Numbered from the stretch's first letter, positions 1 through 9,950 are shown. The stretch is DNA of 55,818 nucleotides from Paracoccaceae bacterium (GCA_050289105.1 JBNKFC010000511.1:1-55818), one strand, 5' to 3'. Notes: generated from the sequence alone by a model not told the origin. Numbers and translations: made by a program.

Positions 1-62
1 TTGTTGGGATTGTCGAACCACTCCTGCGAGCGGAACCGCTTGTTCGCACGCGTGTCAGACAT
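1..62 (-). CDS. IlvD/Edd-family sugar-acid dehydratase (XylD/pentonate dehydratase-like), 5' end only
   Basis: Not in the ORF track. The minus strand from ATG at 62 reads MSDTRANKRFRSQEWFDNPN, matching the R-S-x-x-W-F-D-N-P N-terminus of xylonate dehydratase-like IlvD/Edd proteins. A GGGAGG RBS lies upstream. Runs off the window edge. Confidence 0.75.
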   Translation of the reverse strand, partial: MSDTRANKRFRSQEWFDNPN

Positions 63-128
63 CTTTATCCTCCCGGTCTTTCGCACCGCGTCGACCAACG
101 GGTACGCGGCCCTTGCGATAGCATTCCA

Positions 129-144
129 ATTTGGTATACCAAAT
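129..144. promoter_or_regulatory. GntR/FadR-family operator (UxuR-like)
   Basis: Perfect 16-bp palindrome ATTTGGTATACCAAAT in a divergent intergenic region; the core recurs at 4524, 14440 and 22338. Confidence 0.8.
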
Positions 145-176
145 GCAAGGACAAAGAAGACCCACGGGGAAGTGCC

Positions 177-662
177 TTGAGGAACTTGTGGAGATTCATC
201 GCACTCACCGCCGTCGCGGTCGTGTCTATCGCCCTCCCGGCTTGTGCGGAAGTGGATCTCGCGACCGTGGAGTCGTGCATTCTCGAGCGAATCGAGACCG
301 GCGAAGAGCCGGCCGCTTGCATCGAGATGGCGCATTCCGAATGCCTGGCCGCACCGGACGCTACCCCCGCCGTGGCGACCCTCTGCTTCGTTGAGGCCAA
401 GGGCGTGTGGTCCGCCGGAATTGCCGATCTGCTGAAAAAGGTCCCAGCGGAAGCGCCGGATGAGATCGCCGCGATTGCCCGGATCGAAGCAAAATACGAT
501 ATCCTTTCCGGCCTAGTCCAATGCGACCGCATGGAGGAACTTGCCCTCGCCGCATCGAACCACCCCGGCGAAGTGATTGCTCGGCAAAAGGCGCATTGTG
601 CCGCGACCGCGTCGGGTGTTGCCTATGCGCGTCTGCAATGGCGCATCCAGGCGCTGCAATGA
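177..662 (+). CDS. Cys-rich exported hypothetical protein
   Basis: Signal-peptide-like N-terminus (MRNLWRFIALTAVAVVSIALPACA), six Cys in the mature part, stop overlaps the azlC ATG (ATGA). Confidence 0.7.
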   Translation: MRNLWRFIALTAVAVVSIALPACAEVDLATVESCILERIETGEEPAACIEMAHSECLAAPDATPAVATLCFVEAKGVWSAGIADLLKKVPAEAPDEIAAIARIEAKYDILSGLVQCDRMEELALAASNHPGEVIARQKAHCAATASGVAYARLQWRIQALQ

Positions 663-1372
663 CCGCGAACCAAGCCTTCCGGCGCGGCTTTGTTGATTGC
701 GCACCATTCATCCTGATCGTCGTGCCCTATTCCATGCTCTTCGGAGTCGTCGCACGGGACGCCGGCCTCGACCTGCTTCAGACGATGTCGATGTCGGTCC
801 TCGTCATCGCCGGAGCGTCGCAATTCACCGCGATCGCGCTCCTCCAGGACCAGGCCCCGGTCTTCATCGCACTGCTCACGGCGCTCGCCGTGAACCTGCG
901 CATGGCGATGTATTCTGCCGCACTGGTTCCGCATGTCGGCCACGCACGGTTGGGAATACGCGCGCTTATGGCCTATCTCATGGTCGATCAGGCCTTTGCC
1001 GTGGCCGTCCGCACCTACGAAGAACGCCCCGACATGGCGCCTGCAGAAAAGGTCGCATACTACTTCGGCTGCATGGCCGTGATCTGCCCGTTCTGGTACG
1101 GCTGCACCTTTCTGGGGGCGGTGTTGGGCACATCGATCCCGCCAGTCTTTTCTCTCGATTTCGCGGTGCCGGTCTGCTTCATCGCGCTGACAGCACCACT
1201 CGTGCGGTCCGCTCCCCACGTCATTGCCGCATTGGTCGCGGCCCTTGCCGCCATTTCCTTTGCCTGGGTGCCTTGGTCGCTTGGTCTGATCATCGCCGCG
1301 AGTATCGGCATCGTTGCAGGCGCCCAGGCGGAATTGTTCCTGCGCCGGCGGGCGGCAAAGGTGGCCTTGTGA
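659..1372 (+). CDS. azlC: AzlC-family amino acid exporter permease
   Basis: FAGASQF-like (IAGASQF) and VNLRM motifs, hydrophobic. ATG at 659 is coupled to the upstream stop. Confidence 0.9.
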   Translation: MTANQAFRRGFVDCAPFILIVVPYSMLFGVVARDAGLDLLQTMSMSVLVIAGASQFTAIALLQDQAPVFIALLTALAVNLRMAMYSAALVPHVGHARLGIRALMAYLMVDQAFAVAVRTYEERPDMAPAEKVAYYFGCMAVICPFWYGCTFLGAVLGTSIPPVFSLDFAVPVCFIALTAPLVRSAPHVIAALVAALAAISFAWVPWSLGLIIAASIGIVAGAQAELFLRRRAAKVAL

Positions 1373-1692
1373 TAAGCGATGCGGCATTCTGGACGCTGAC
1401 CGTTCTGCTGGGTCTCGGCACCTTCTTCATCCGCTTTTCGTTCCTGGGGATCTTCGGTCGGCGGACTCTGCCGGACTGGGCGCTTCTGCATCTGAAATAC
1501 GTGGGCGTCGCCGTCTTCCCCGCGCTCGTTGCGCCGCTTCTCGTCTGGCCCGCGGCGACCAACGGCCAGTTCGATCCGCTCCGTTTTGCCGCCGCTCTGG
1601 CTGCCTTGGTCGCAGGTTTCAGGTTCGGCGTCGTCTGGTCGATCATTGCCGGGATGGGCGCGCTCTATGCTCTGCAATTCCTGCTCAACTGA
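1369..1692 (+). CDS. azlD: AzlD-family small membrane subunit
   Basis: GTG overlapping the azlC stop; about 107 aa, hydrophobic, GTFFIRFSF and L.YV..AV.PAL motifs. Confidence 0.85.
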   Translation: MISDAAFWTLTVLLGLGTFFIRFSFLGIFGRRTLPDWALLHLKYVGVAVFPALVAPLLVWPAATNGQFDPLRFAAALAALVAGFRFGVVWSIIAGMGALYALQFLLN

Positions 1693-1834
1693 CTTACGGA
1701 CGTCATGATCGGGGAGCGCCCGCCCTGACCATGGCCGACAATTTCCGCGCCCGACCAACGAGCGCTCCACGCCAAGATCCAGCCGATCGGTGGCGGGCGT
1801 GGTGTAATCGTCGGCGGAAGCGAGGAACCGCGCG

Positions 1835-2734
1835 CTACATCGTCTTCGCGAACGCGCTTTTCGCGCCAGCCGATTCTTGGGTCTTGAAGATCGAGGAATT
1901 GTCCGGCGCGGGCGGCAGCGGCATGACGACCGGCACCTGTTCCAGACGCGGCGTCAGGCAGGGCTTGCCTGTGATCGTGCGGTCCTGGAGGTCGTCCCAG
2001 AACTTGCGCTGGCCGAGCGCGTGGAAATAGGCGCTCGCCCCGAGGATCGGCCAGGCATCCGCCTTCGCGATCTCATAGAAAAGGATGAAGCGCGGGCGGT
2101 TGCTGACGTTCGGAGCCGAGCCGTGCAGGATGCGCGTGTGATGCACGGTCATGCTGCCCGCCTTGCCGGTCAGGGTGACGATCTTGTCCTTGTCGAAAAG
2201 CGGATCGTCCGGGTCGATCGCCCCGGCGAAGACACCGTTCATCGTGTGATCGAGAAGCGGACCGCGATGGCTGCCAGGAATGACCATCAGGGGACCGTTG
2301 TCCATGTCGACGTCTTCGAGCATCAGGCCGAAAGCCAGAAGGTCGTCGTTCGTGTGGGGATAGAACATCCAGTCCTGATGCCATTCCACCGCCGCCCCGC
2401 CGCCCGGCGCCTTGGTGTTAAGCTTCGAGGTCAGGATCGTCGTGTCGGGGCCAAGCAGGTCGTTCATCACCTCGGTCATCGCCGAGTTCCGCAGCACCTC
2501 CCAGAAGTACGGGTCCTGCTTGTGCGGGATCTTGATCCGCGTGAGACGCGGGCTTTCGGCCGAGTGGCCACGATCAAGGTCGTAGACGTCGTTGCTCTGG
2601 CTCACCGAACGGGACGCTTCGATGAGATTGGCGGTGATCTCGCGCAGCCTGTCCAATTGCTCGGGCGTCACCGCGTTTTCCACCATCAGGTAGCCGTTGG
2701 TATCGTAGAAGTCCTTCTGTTGCTGCGTCAGCAT
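1835..2734 (-). CDS. Phytanoyl-CoA dioxygenase (PhyH) family Fe(II)/2-oxoglutarate oxygenase
   Basis: FY..NGYL N-terminus, WHQD (HxD), NGPL.VIPGSH and distal LHGSAPN.S...R motifs. Confidence 0.88.
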   Translation of the reverse strand: MLTQQQKDFYDTNGYLMVENAVTPEQLDRLREITANLIEASRSVSQSNDVYDLDRGHSAESPRLTRIKIPHKQDPYFWEVLRNSAMTEVMNDLLGPDTTILTSKLNTKAPGGGAAVEWHQDWMFYPHTNDDLLAFGLMLEDVDMDNGPLMVIPGSHRGPLLDHTMNGVFAGAIDPDDPLFDKDKIVTLTGKAGSMTVHHTRILHGSAPNVSNRPRFILFYEIAKADAWPILGASAYFHALGQRKFWDDLQDRTITGKPCLTPRLEQVPVVMPLPPAPDNSSIFKTQESAGAKSAFAKTM

Positions 2735-2771
2735 GTCTGCGCCCTCCTCCCAAGCATGAACGGTTGCGGAC

Positions 2772-3692
2772 CTATCGTCCCTTCTTGGCCTCTTCCGCCA
2801 TGTCGAGGCCGTTCAGGCGTGCGACATGGTCCGACAGCATTGGCACGTAGTCCCCGCCCGCGCCGACCGCCTCGACATGCGCGAAATACTGGCGCGCGGC
2901 AGCGGCCATGACGTTCACCACGCCCGCATCCATCGCCATCGCGTTCACATAGCGGATGTCCTTCGCGGCGTTGGAGACCGAGAACTTGTGAGCGTCCCGA
3001 TCGCGGTCGACCGTGTATTTCATGAATGTGTCGAAGAAGCCGTTGCCAAGCCGGCTCGACGCAATCACGTCCCTGAGTTGCGCCGGCGCGATCCCGACCT
3101 TCGCCCCCAACACCGTCGCCTCGGCGTAGAGAGAGGCATAGCCCATACCGATGAAGTTCATCAGCAACTTCATCTTGTGGCCATTGCCGGTGGGACCCAT
3201 GTGGCTGATATTGCCCGCCCAGCATTCGATGACGGGCCGGATCTTCGCAAAGGTCGCGTCATCCGCACCGACCATCGCGTCGAGCGTTCCGGCCTCAGCC
3301 TCCTTCGGCGTTCGGCCAAGGGGGGCGTCGACCAAGGTCACCCCCTGCGCCACCATTTCCGCGGCGAGCGCCATGGTCGAGGTCGGATCGGCCGTAGTCG
3401 TGTCGATCACGATCAGGCCCTTGCGCGCGCCCGCAAGAATACCGTCCTCGCCCCGGATCGCTGCCTCGACCTGTGGAGAATTGGAGAGGCAAAGGTGAAT
3501 GATGTCGCAGTTCTCGGCCATCTCCTTCGCAGAAACCGCCTCCTTCGCGCCCATGCCGACAAGGCTTTCCACCGGCGCGCGGTTGCGGTGCCCCTTGACC
3601 CAAAGCTCGTATCCGCCCTTGAGGATGTTCTTTGCCATCCCGTGGCCCATGAAGCCCACGCCGATGAAGCCGATGACCGGTTTGTCGCCCAT
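2772..3692 (-). CDS. Beta-hydroxyacid dehydrogenase (3-hydroxyisobutyrate/tartronate semialdehyde reductase family)
   Basis: IGFIGVGFMG Rossmann motif, VDAPLGR, catalytic K in GHKMKLLMN. Confidence 0.88.
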   Translation of the reverse strand: MGDKPVIGFIGVGFMGHGMAKNILKGGYELWVKGHRNRAPVESLVGMGAKEAVSAKEMAENCDIIHLCLSNSPQVEAAIRGEDGILAGARKGLIVIDTTTADPTSTMALAAEMVAQGVTLVDAPLGRTPKEAEAGTLDAMVGADDATFAKIRPVIECWAGNISHMGPTGNGHKMKLLMNFIGMGYASLYAEATVLGAKVGIAPAQLRDVIASSRLGNGFFDTFMKYTVDRDRDAHKFSVSNAAKDIRYVNAMAMDAGVVNVMAAAARQYFAHVEAVGAGGDYVPMLSDHVARLNGLDMAEEAKKGR

Positions 3693-3703
3693 GGTGGTCC
3701 TCC

Positions 3704-4465
3704 CTAAAGACTTGCCGTGATGCCGCCGTCGACGAACAGCGTGTGTCCGTTGACGAAACTCGCCGCGTCCGAGGCGAGAAACACGCAGGCCCCAACGAGT
3801 TCCTCCACCTTGCCCCAGCGCCCGGCGGGCGTGCGCTTTTCCAGCCAGGCGCTGAAGGCCGGATCGGCCACGAGCGCCGAATTCAGGGGCGTGTCGAAAT
3901 ATCCCGGCGCGATGGCGTTGCAGTTGAGCCCATGCTTTGCCCAGTCCGTCGCCATGCCCTTGGTCAGGTTCGTGATCGCCCCCTTCGACGTCGTGTAGGG
4001 CGCGATGCTGGGCCTAGCGAGCGCGCTCTGGACGCTCGCGATGTTGATGATCTTGCCCGCGCCGCGCCCGATCATGTGCCGCGCCACTGACTGACCGACG
4101 TAGAAGGCGGAATTGACGTTGGTGCGCATCAACCTGTCGAACGCCTCGACCGGGAAGTCCTCCAGCGGCGCTCGATGCTGCATCCCGGCGTTGTTGACGA
4201 GGATGTGGATCGGGCCATTGGCCTCCTCGTAGCCGTCTACCGCCGCGCGCACGGCTCCGGCGTCCGTCACGTCGAAGGGCAGCGTGTCGACCATTACGCC
4301 TTCGCCCCGCAACCCCTCGGCCGCGCGCTCCAGCCGCTCGCCGTCCCGGGCGTTCAGAACCAGCCGGGCACCGGCCTCAGCAAGCCCGCGCGCGAGCGCG
4401 AAGCCAATTCCCATGGAGGAGCCGGTGACCAGCGCGGTCCGGCCCGTCAGATCGAAGAGTTGCAT
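3704..4465 (-). CDS. idnO: Gluconate 5-dehydrogenase (SDR)
   Basis: TGSSMGIG, NNAGMQ, SVQS, YTTSK and WLEKRTPAGRWG motifs; divergent from idnD. Confidence 0.9.
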   Translation of the reverse strand: MQLFDLTGRTALVTGSSMGIGFALARGLAEAGARLVLNARDGERLERAAEGLRGEGVMVDTLPFDVTDAGAVRAAVDGYEEANGPIHILVNNAGMQHRAPLEDFPVEAFDRLMRTNVNSAFYVGQSVARHMIGRGAGKIINIASVQSALARPSIAPYTTSKGAITNLTKGMATDWAKHGLNCNAIAPGYFDTPLNSALVADPAFSAWLEKRTPAGRWGKVEELVGACVFLASDAASFVNGHTLFVDGGITASL

Positions 4466-4523
4466 TCATCCTCCCGGTCTCAGTTCCCAAGAGTTGACAA
4501 ACCCCGGGAAACCCGCCTTCACT

Positions 4524-4540
4524 AAATTGGTATACCATTT
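4524..4540. promoter_or_regulatory. GntR/FadR-family operator in the idnO/idnD divergent promoter
   Basis: AAATTGGTATACCATTT; a TTGACA -35-like hexamer lies at 4494-4499. Confidence 0.8.
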
Positions 4541-4583
4541 CAGGGCCATTGCAAGCCAAAGCCCCCGAGGGAGGAACCTGCCG

Positions 4584-5615
4584 GTGAAAGCGCTCTACGC
4601 CCACGCGGCGCGTGACCTGCGTCTGTCCGATTGTGCGGCCGAGGCCCCCGGCGCCGGGCAGGTTGTGGTCCGCATGCTGCGCGGCGGGATCTGTGGATCG
4701 GACCTGCACTACTACAACCACGGCGGCTTCGGCACCGTGCGCTTGCGTGAGCCGATGATCCTTGGCCACGAAGTCGCCGGCGTCATCGACAAGATCGGCG
4801 ACGGCGTGACCGGCCTTGCAGTGGGTGATCTCGTCGCGATATCGCCTTCGCGTCCCTGCGGCGCCTGCACCGAATGCCTGCGCGGCCTGCCGAACCAGTG
4901 CCCGAACATGCGCTTCTACGGCTCGGCCATGCCTTTCCCCCATATTCAGGGCGCTTTCCGCGATTCTCTTGTGGCAGACGCATCACAATGCGTAAAGGCC
5001 GAGGGCCTTTCGTCCGCCGAGGCCGCCATGGCCGAACCCCTTGCCGTCGCGCTACATGCGGTTCGGCGGGCGGGCGAGATGCTCGGGCGGCGCGTGCTCG
5101 TCACGGGCTGTGGCCCCATCGGCGTGCTCGTGATCCTCGCGGCGCGGCGTGCGGGGGCGGCCGAGATCATAGCGACGGACATCGCGGACAACGTCCTCGC
5201 CTTCGCTCGCGCGGCCGGTGCAGATGTCGTGCTGAACACGATGGTGCAGCCGGATGCGCTCACCCCCTATGCGCTGGGCAAGGGCTCGCTGGATGTGCTT
5301 TTCGAATGTTCCGGCGCCGCACCCGCGCTCGCCGGCGGCATCAGCGCACTCCGTCCGCGCGGTCGGATCGTCCAGCTCGGCCTGTCCGGCGACATGTCGA
5401 TCCCGATGATGCAGATCACTGCGAAGGAGCTGGAACTCGCCGGGTCGTTCCGCTTCCACGAGGAATTCGCCATTGCCGTTCAGTTGATGCGCGCCGGATT
5501 GATCGACGTGAAGCCCCTCGTGACCCACAGTTTCCCGCTGGCGGAATTCGAAGCCGCCTTCGCCACGGCCACTGACCGCAGCCGGGCGATGAAGGTGCAG
5601 CTGGAGTTCGCCTGA
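4584..5615 (+). CDS. idnD: L-idonate 5-dehydrogenase (Zn-dependent)
   Basis: GTG start after a GGAGGA RBS; GGICGSDLHYY, ILGHE, structural Zn cysteines, GSAMPFPHIQG. Confidence 0.88.
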   Translation: MKALYAHAARDLRLSDCAAEAPGAGQVVVRMLRGGICGSDLHYYNHGGFGTVRLREPMILGHEVAGVIDKIGDGVTGLAVGDLVAISPSRPCGACTECLRGLPNQCPNMRFYGSAMPFPHIQGAFRDSLVADASQCVKAEGLSSAEAAMAEPLAVALHAVRRAGEMLGRRVLVTGCGPIGVLVILAARRAGAAEIIATDIADNVLAFARAAGADVVLNTMVQPDALTPYALGKGSLDVLFECSGAAPALAGGISALRPRGRIVQLGLSGDMSIPMMQITAKELELAGSFRFHEEFAIAVQLMRAGLIDVKPLVTHSFPLAEFEAAFATATDRSRAMKVQLEFA

Positions 5616-6217
5616 TGCTGACCTACGCGGCGGCCGTCATCCTTTTAATCATCACGCCCGGCCCCGGTGTGCTGACGACGGCGGGCTTCGGCGCTGCCTA
5701 TGGCTTCCGTCCCTCGCTGCGCTACGTCCTGGGCCTCTTTCTCGGCACCAACATGGTAATGCTCGCCGTGATCTCCGGGCTCGCCGCGATCCTGCTCTCA
5801 ATCCCGTGGCTGCGCACGCTTCTGATGCTCGCCTCCGTGGCCTACCTGCTCTACCTCGCCGCGCGCATCGCGCTCGCGGGGTCCCGCATAGCCTTCATCG
5901 AAGCCAAGTCGCCGCCGGGGATCGGTGGCGGGCTTCTCCTTCAGGCGATGAATCCCAAGGCCTATGCGGTCAACACCTCGCTCATCACCGGCTTCAATTT
6001 CGCGCCCGACAACATGGTGTTCGAAATCACCATCAAGGCGCTCATCACCAATGCGATCTGGATCCCGATCCACCTTGCCTGGCTTTGGGCCGGGGTAATG
6101 CTGCACCGGCTCGACCTCCCCGAACGCATCCACCGGCGGATCAACGTCGCGATGGCCCTATCGATGCTGGGCGTGGTCGCGCTCGCCATGTGGTCGGCCC
6201 TGAGGGCCTCGGCATGA
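5615..6217 (+). CDS. LysE/RhtB-family translocator
   Basis: ITPGPG N-terminal motif, NPKA motif, hydrophobic helices. Confidence 0.88.
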   Translation: MLTYAAAVILLIITPGPGVLTTAGFGAAYGFRPSLRYVLGLFLGTNMVMLAVISGLAAILLSIPWLRTLLMLASVAYLLYLAARIALAGSRIAFIEAKSPPGIGGGLLLQAMNPKAYAVNTSLITGFNFAPDNMVFEITIKALITNAIWIPIHLAWLWAGVMLHRLDLPERIHRRINVAMALSMLGVVALAMWSALRASA

Positions 6218-7416
6218 AGATCACCGCGCTCGAAACCATCCGGATCGCCGAACGTCCGAACCTTCTCTGGCTTCAGGTTCACACCGACGAGGGCCTCGTC
6301 GGGCTTGGCGAGACCTTTTACGGCGCGCGCGCGGTCGAGGCCTATGTCCACGAAACCCTCGCGCCCCTGATGCTCGGCGAAGACCCGCGCCGCATCGAAC
6401 ATCTGGCGGCGAAGGCCGAGGGTTACCTCGGCTGGCGCTCGACCGGTGCCGAGACGCGCGGCAATTCGGCCTTCGACATCGCGCTCTGGGACCTCTGGGG
6501 CAAGGCCACCGGGCAGCCCGTGGCGCAGCTTCTGGGCGGCTTCACGCGCGACAGGATCCGCACCTACAACACCTGCGCCGGCACTGAATACATAAAGGAC
6601 GACAGCGGCCAGCAGACTGGCAACTACGGCCTAGCCACCGGCGGGCAGTACGACGACCTGAACGGCTTCCTGCACCGGGCCGACGAGCTTGCGGAGTCGC
6701 TTCTCGACGACGGTATCACGGCGATGAAGATTTGGCCGTTCGACGCCGCGGCCGAAGCCAACCGCGGGGCGCATATCTCGACCGACGAGCTGAAAACCGC
6801 GCTCCAGCCGTTCGAAAGGATCCGCCGCGCCGTCGGCGATGCGATGGACATCATGGTCGAGTTCCATTCCATGTGGCAGCTCGCCCCTGCGATCCGCATC
6901 GCCAAGGCGCTCGCCCCCTACAGCACCTATTGGCACGAAGACCCGATTCGCCTCGACAGCCTCGACCTCCTGAAACGCTACGCCGCCGAAAGCCCCGCGC
7001 CCGTCTGCGCGTCCGAGACGTTGGGCGGCATCGGCGCCTTCCGCGACCTGCTCGCCACCGGCGCGGCCGGTGTCGTGATGCTGGACCTGAGCTGGTGCGG
7101 CGGCCTGACGACCGCCCGCAAGGTCGCGGCGATGGCAGAAGCCGAAAAGCTTTCCATCGCGCCCCATGACTGCACGGGGCCGGTCGTTCTCGCGGCCTCG
7201 ACCCACCTGTCGCTGGCGGCCCCGAACGCGCTTGTCCAGGAAAGCGTCCGCGCCTTCTACCGCACCTGGTATCGCGACCTCGTGACCGCCCTCCCCCCGG
7301 TCGTGGGCGGAACGATCACCGTCCCGCCGGGGCCGGGCCTCGGCCTCGACCTCAACCCCGACCTTGACCGCGCTTTCACCACGGCGCGAAAGACCTCGAC
7401 GCTGGAGACCCAATGA
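6214..7416 (+). CDS. Enolase-superfamily (mandelate racemase subgroup) acid-sugar dehydratase, substrate unknown
   Basis: ATG at 6214 overlaps the upstream stop; TDEGLVGLGE, SAFDIALWDLWGK, W.EDP, ASE and APHDC motifs. Confidence 0.88.
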   Translation: MKITALETIRIAERPNLLWLQVHTDEGLVGLGETFYGARAVEAYVHETLAPLMLGEDPRRIEHLAAKAEGYLGWRSTGAETRGNSAFDIALWDLWGKATGQPVAQLLGGFTRDRIRTYNTCAGTEYIKDDSGQQTGNYGLATGGQYDDLNGFLHRADELAESLLDDGITAMKIWPFDAAAEANRGAHISTDELKTALQPFERIRRAVGDAMDIMVEFHSMWQLAPAIRIAKALAPYSTYWHEDPIRLDSLDLLKRYAAESPAPVCASETLGGIGAFRDLLATGAAGVVMLDLSWCGGLTTARKVAAMAEAEKLSIAPHDCTGPVVLAASTHLSLAAPNALVQESVRAFYRTWYRDLVTALPPVVGGTITVPPGPGLGLDLNPDLDRAFTTARKTSTLETQ

Positions 7417-8789
7417 CCGTCGCCTCCGCCATCACCCAGATCGCGGCGCTTCTCGGCGGCCGGCTGACGACCGCCGAGGCAGACCGCACTCTGCATGGGC
7501 AGAACGAGACCTACTATCCGAACACCCCGCCCGACGCGGTGGCCTATCCCGAGACGACGGAGGAGGTCTCGGCCATTCTGCGGATCTGCAACGCCGAAGA
7601 CTGCCCGGTCGTCGCCTATGGCGCGGCAAGCTCGCTCGAAGGGCAGCATCTCGCGGTCAGGGGCGGCGTCAGCCTCGACATGAACCGGATGAACCGGGTC
7701 CTCGCCATCAGTGCCGAGGACCTGAACGCCGTCGTCCAGCCCGGCATCACCCGCATTGCCCTGAACGAGGAGCTGCGGGCGACCGGCCTCTTCTTCCCGG
7801 TCGACCCCGGTGCCGATGCCTCGATCGGCGGCATGGCCGCCACGCGGGCCTCGGGCACGACCGCCGTGCGCTATGGCACGATGCGGGAAAACGTGCTGGC
7901 GCTCGAAGCCGTCATGGCCGACGGCACGATCATCCGCACCGGCACCCAGGCCCGCAAATCCGCCACGGGGTATGACCTCACTCACCTCCTCGTGGGCTCC
8001 GAGGGCACGCTCGGCATCATCACCGAACTGACGCTCCGCCTTCAGGGCATCCCCGAGGGGATTTCGGCCGCCACCTGCCGCTTTCCGTCCGTCGAGGACG
8101 CCGTGAACTGCGTGATCCTGACGATCCAGTCCGGCCTGCCGATGGCGCGGATCGAGCTTCTGGACGAGATGATGGTGCGCGGCTTCAATTCCTACGCCGG
8201 GGCCGGATTGCCGGAAAAACCGCATCTCTTCCTCGAATTTCACGGCTCGCCTGCCAGCGTCGCCGAGCAGCGCGAGACCTTCGGCGAGATCGCGCGCGAC
8301 TTCGGCGCCGAGGGCTGGCAAACAGCCGACACGACCGAGGAGCGTAACGCCCTCTGGGCGATGCGGCACAAGGCGCACTACGCCTCGGCCGCGCTCGGCA
8401 AGGGCAAGCACATCTGGCCGACCGACGTCTGCGTGCCAATCTCGAAACTGGCCGAGGCGGTGGTGCAGGCCCAGCGCGATGCGGTAAAGTTGGGCCTGAC
8501 CTCGACCATCGTGGGCCATGTCGGCGACGGCAACTTCCACGCCGGGCTCAGCGTCGACCCAAAGGACCCGGACGAAATGGCGCGCGCGGAGCAATTCACC
8601 AAGGCGCTGGCCGAAACCGCGCTGCGGCTCGGGGGAACGGTCTCGGGCGAACACGGGATCGGGCTAGGCAAGCAGCGCTACATGAATGCCGAACACGGGG
8701 CGGCGCTGGCCTACATGCGGGCCGTAAAAGCCAGCTTCGATCCGAAGAACATTCTCAACCCCGACAAGATGCTGCCACCGGGGAACTAG
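7413..8789 (+). CDS. FAD-linked D-2-hydroxyacid dehydrogenase (D-lactate dehydrogenase/GlcD family)
   Basis: FFPVDPGA, GSEGTLGII, GHVGDGNFH, GEHGIG and DPKNILNP motifs. Confidence 0.9.
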   Translation: MTVASAITQIAALLGGRLTTAEADRTLHGQNETYYPNTPPDAVAYPETTEEVSAILRICNAEDCPVVAYGAASSLEGQHLAVRGGVSLDMNRMNRVLAISAEDLNAVVQPGITRIALNEELRATGLFFPVDPGADASIGGMAATRASGTTAVRYGTMRENVLALEAVMADGTIIRTGTQARKSATGYDLTHLLVGSEGTLGIITELTLRLQGIPEGISAATCRFPSVEDAVNCVILTIQSGLPMARIELLDEMMVRGFNSYAGAGLPEKPHLFLEFHGSPASVAEQRETFGEIARDFGAEGWQTADTTEERNALWAMRHKAHYASAALGKGKHIWPTDVCVPISKLAEAVVQAQRDAVKLGLTSTIVGHVGDGNFHAGLSVDPKDPDEMARAEQFTKALAETALRLGGTVSGEHGIGLGKQRYMNAEHGAALAYMRAVKASFDPKNILNPDKMLPPGN

Positions 8790-8798
8790 GAGGTGCCC

Positions 8799-9950
8799 AT
8801 GCTGCCCTATGACAACCCGATCCCCAATGCTATTTTCGTCGGCCGCGTCTGGCGGCCCGGCCACGGGCCGGCGCTGGTTCGCCTCGATGGCGATACCGTG
8901 CTCGACATCACCAGCAGGGCCCTTCCGACCATGCAGGCGCTGCTTGAGACCGACGAACCGGCCGCCACGGCCCGCGCAGCGAAGGGCGAGGCGCTCGGCA
9001 CGCTCGGCGATCTCGTCGCGGGCTCGACAGAAGGCGCCGCGGAAAACATCCTGCACCTTCTCTCCCCCGCCGACCTTCAGGCGATCAAGGCCAGCGGCGT
9101 GACTTTCGCCGAAAGCATGGTGGAGCGGGTGATCGAGGAGCAGGCCGCCGGCAATCCGGACCGGGCCGAAGCGATCCGCGCCAAGGTCGGCGCTGTGATC
9201 GGCGACAGCCTTTCGGGGATTGAGCCGGGCTCCGAGCGCGCGATGAAGGTCAAGGCCGTCCTTCAGGCAGAAGGGCTCTGGTCGCAATACCTCGAAGTCG
9301 GCATCGGCCCCGACGCCGAGGTCTTCACCAAGTGCCAGCCGATGGCTTCGGTGGGATGGGGGGCGAGTGTCGGTCTCCACCCGATCTCGAAATGGAACAA
9401 CCCCGAGCCGGAGATCGTCCTTGCCATCAATTCGCGCGGCACAGTCGTCGGCGCGACACTTGGCAACGACGTGAACCTGCGCGACGTCGAGGGGCGCTCG
9501 GCGCTCCTGCTCGGCAAGGCCAAGGACAACAACGCCTCCTGCGCCATCGGTCCGTTCCTGCGGCTCTTCGATGCGGGCTTCGGCCTCGATGACATCCGCA
9601 AGGCGGAACTGTCCATGAAGGTCGAGGGCGAGGACGGTTTCACGCTCGACGGCCATTCCTCGATGACTAAGATCAGCCGTGACCCGGCGAGCATCGTCAA
9701 GCAGACGATCGGGCGGCACCATCAGTATCCTGACGGATTCTTCCTGTTCCTCGGCACGATGTTCGCTCCGGTCAAGGACCGCGACGCACCGGGGCAGGGC
9801 TTCACCCACCACGCAGGCGATGTCGTGACGATTTCGGAGGCGCAGCTCGGCGCGCTTCGCAACACCGTCCGGCTGTCGACAGACTGCCCGGAATGGACCT
9901 TTGGCACTGCCGCGATGATGCGCAACCTCGCCGGAAGGGGGCTTCTGTGA
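8799..9950 (+). CDS. xylX: FAH-family 2-keto-3-deoxy-pentonate dehydratase (XylX-like)
   Basis: Shares long blocks recalled from Caulobacter XylX: GLWSQYLEV.IGPDAE, WNNPEPE, GNDVNLRD.EGRSALLL.KAKDNNASCAIGP, C-terminal RNLAGRGLL. GGAGG RBS before ATG 8799. Confidence 0.85.
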   Translation: MLPYDNPIPNAIFVGRVWRPGHGPALVRLDGDTVLDITSRALPTMQALLETDEPAATARAAKGEALGTLGDLVAGSTEGAAENILHLLSPADLQAIKASGVTFAESMVERVIEEQAAGNPDRAEAIRAKVGAVIGDSLSGIEPGSERAMKVKAVLQAEGLWSQYLEVGIGPDAEVFTKCQPMASVGWGASVGLHPISKWNNPEPEIVLAINSRGTVVGATLGNDVNLRDVEGRSALLLGKAKDNNASCAIGPFLRLFDAGFGLDDIRKAELSMKVEGEDGFTLDGHSSMTKISRDPASIVKQTIGRHHQYPDGFFLFLGTMFAPVKDRDAPGQGFTHHAGDVVTISEAQLGALRNTVRLSTDCPEWTFGTAAMMRNLAGRGLL

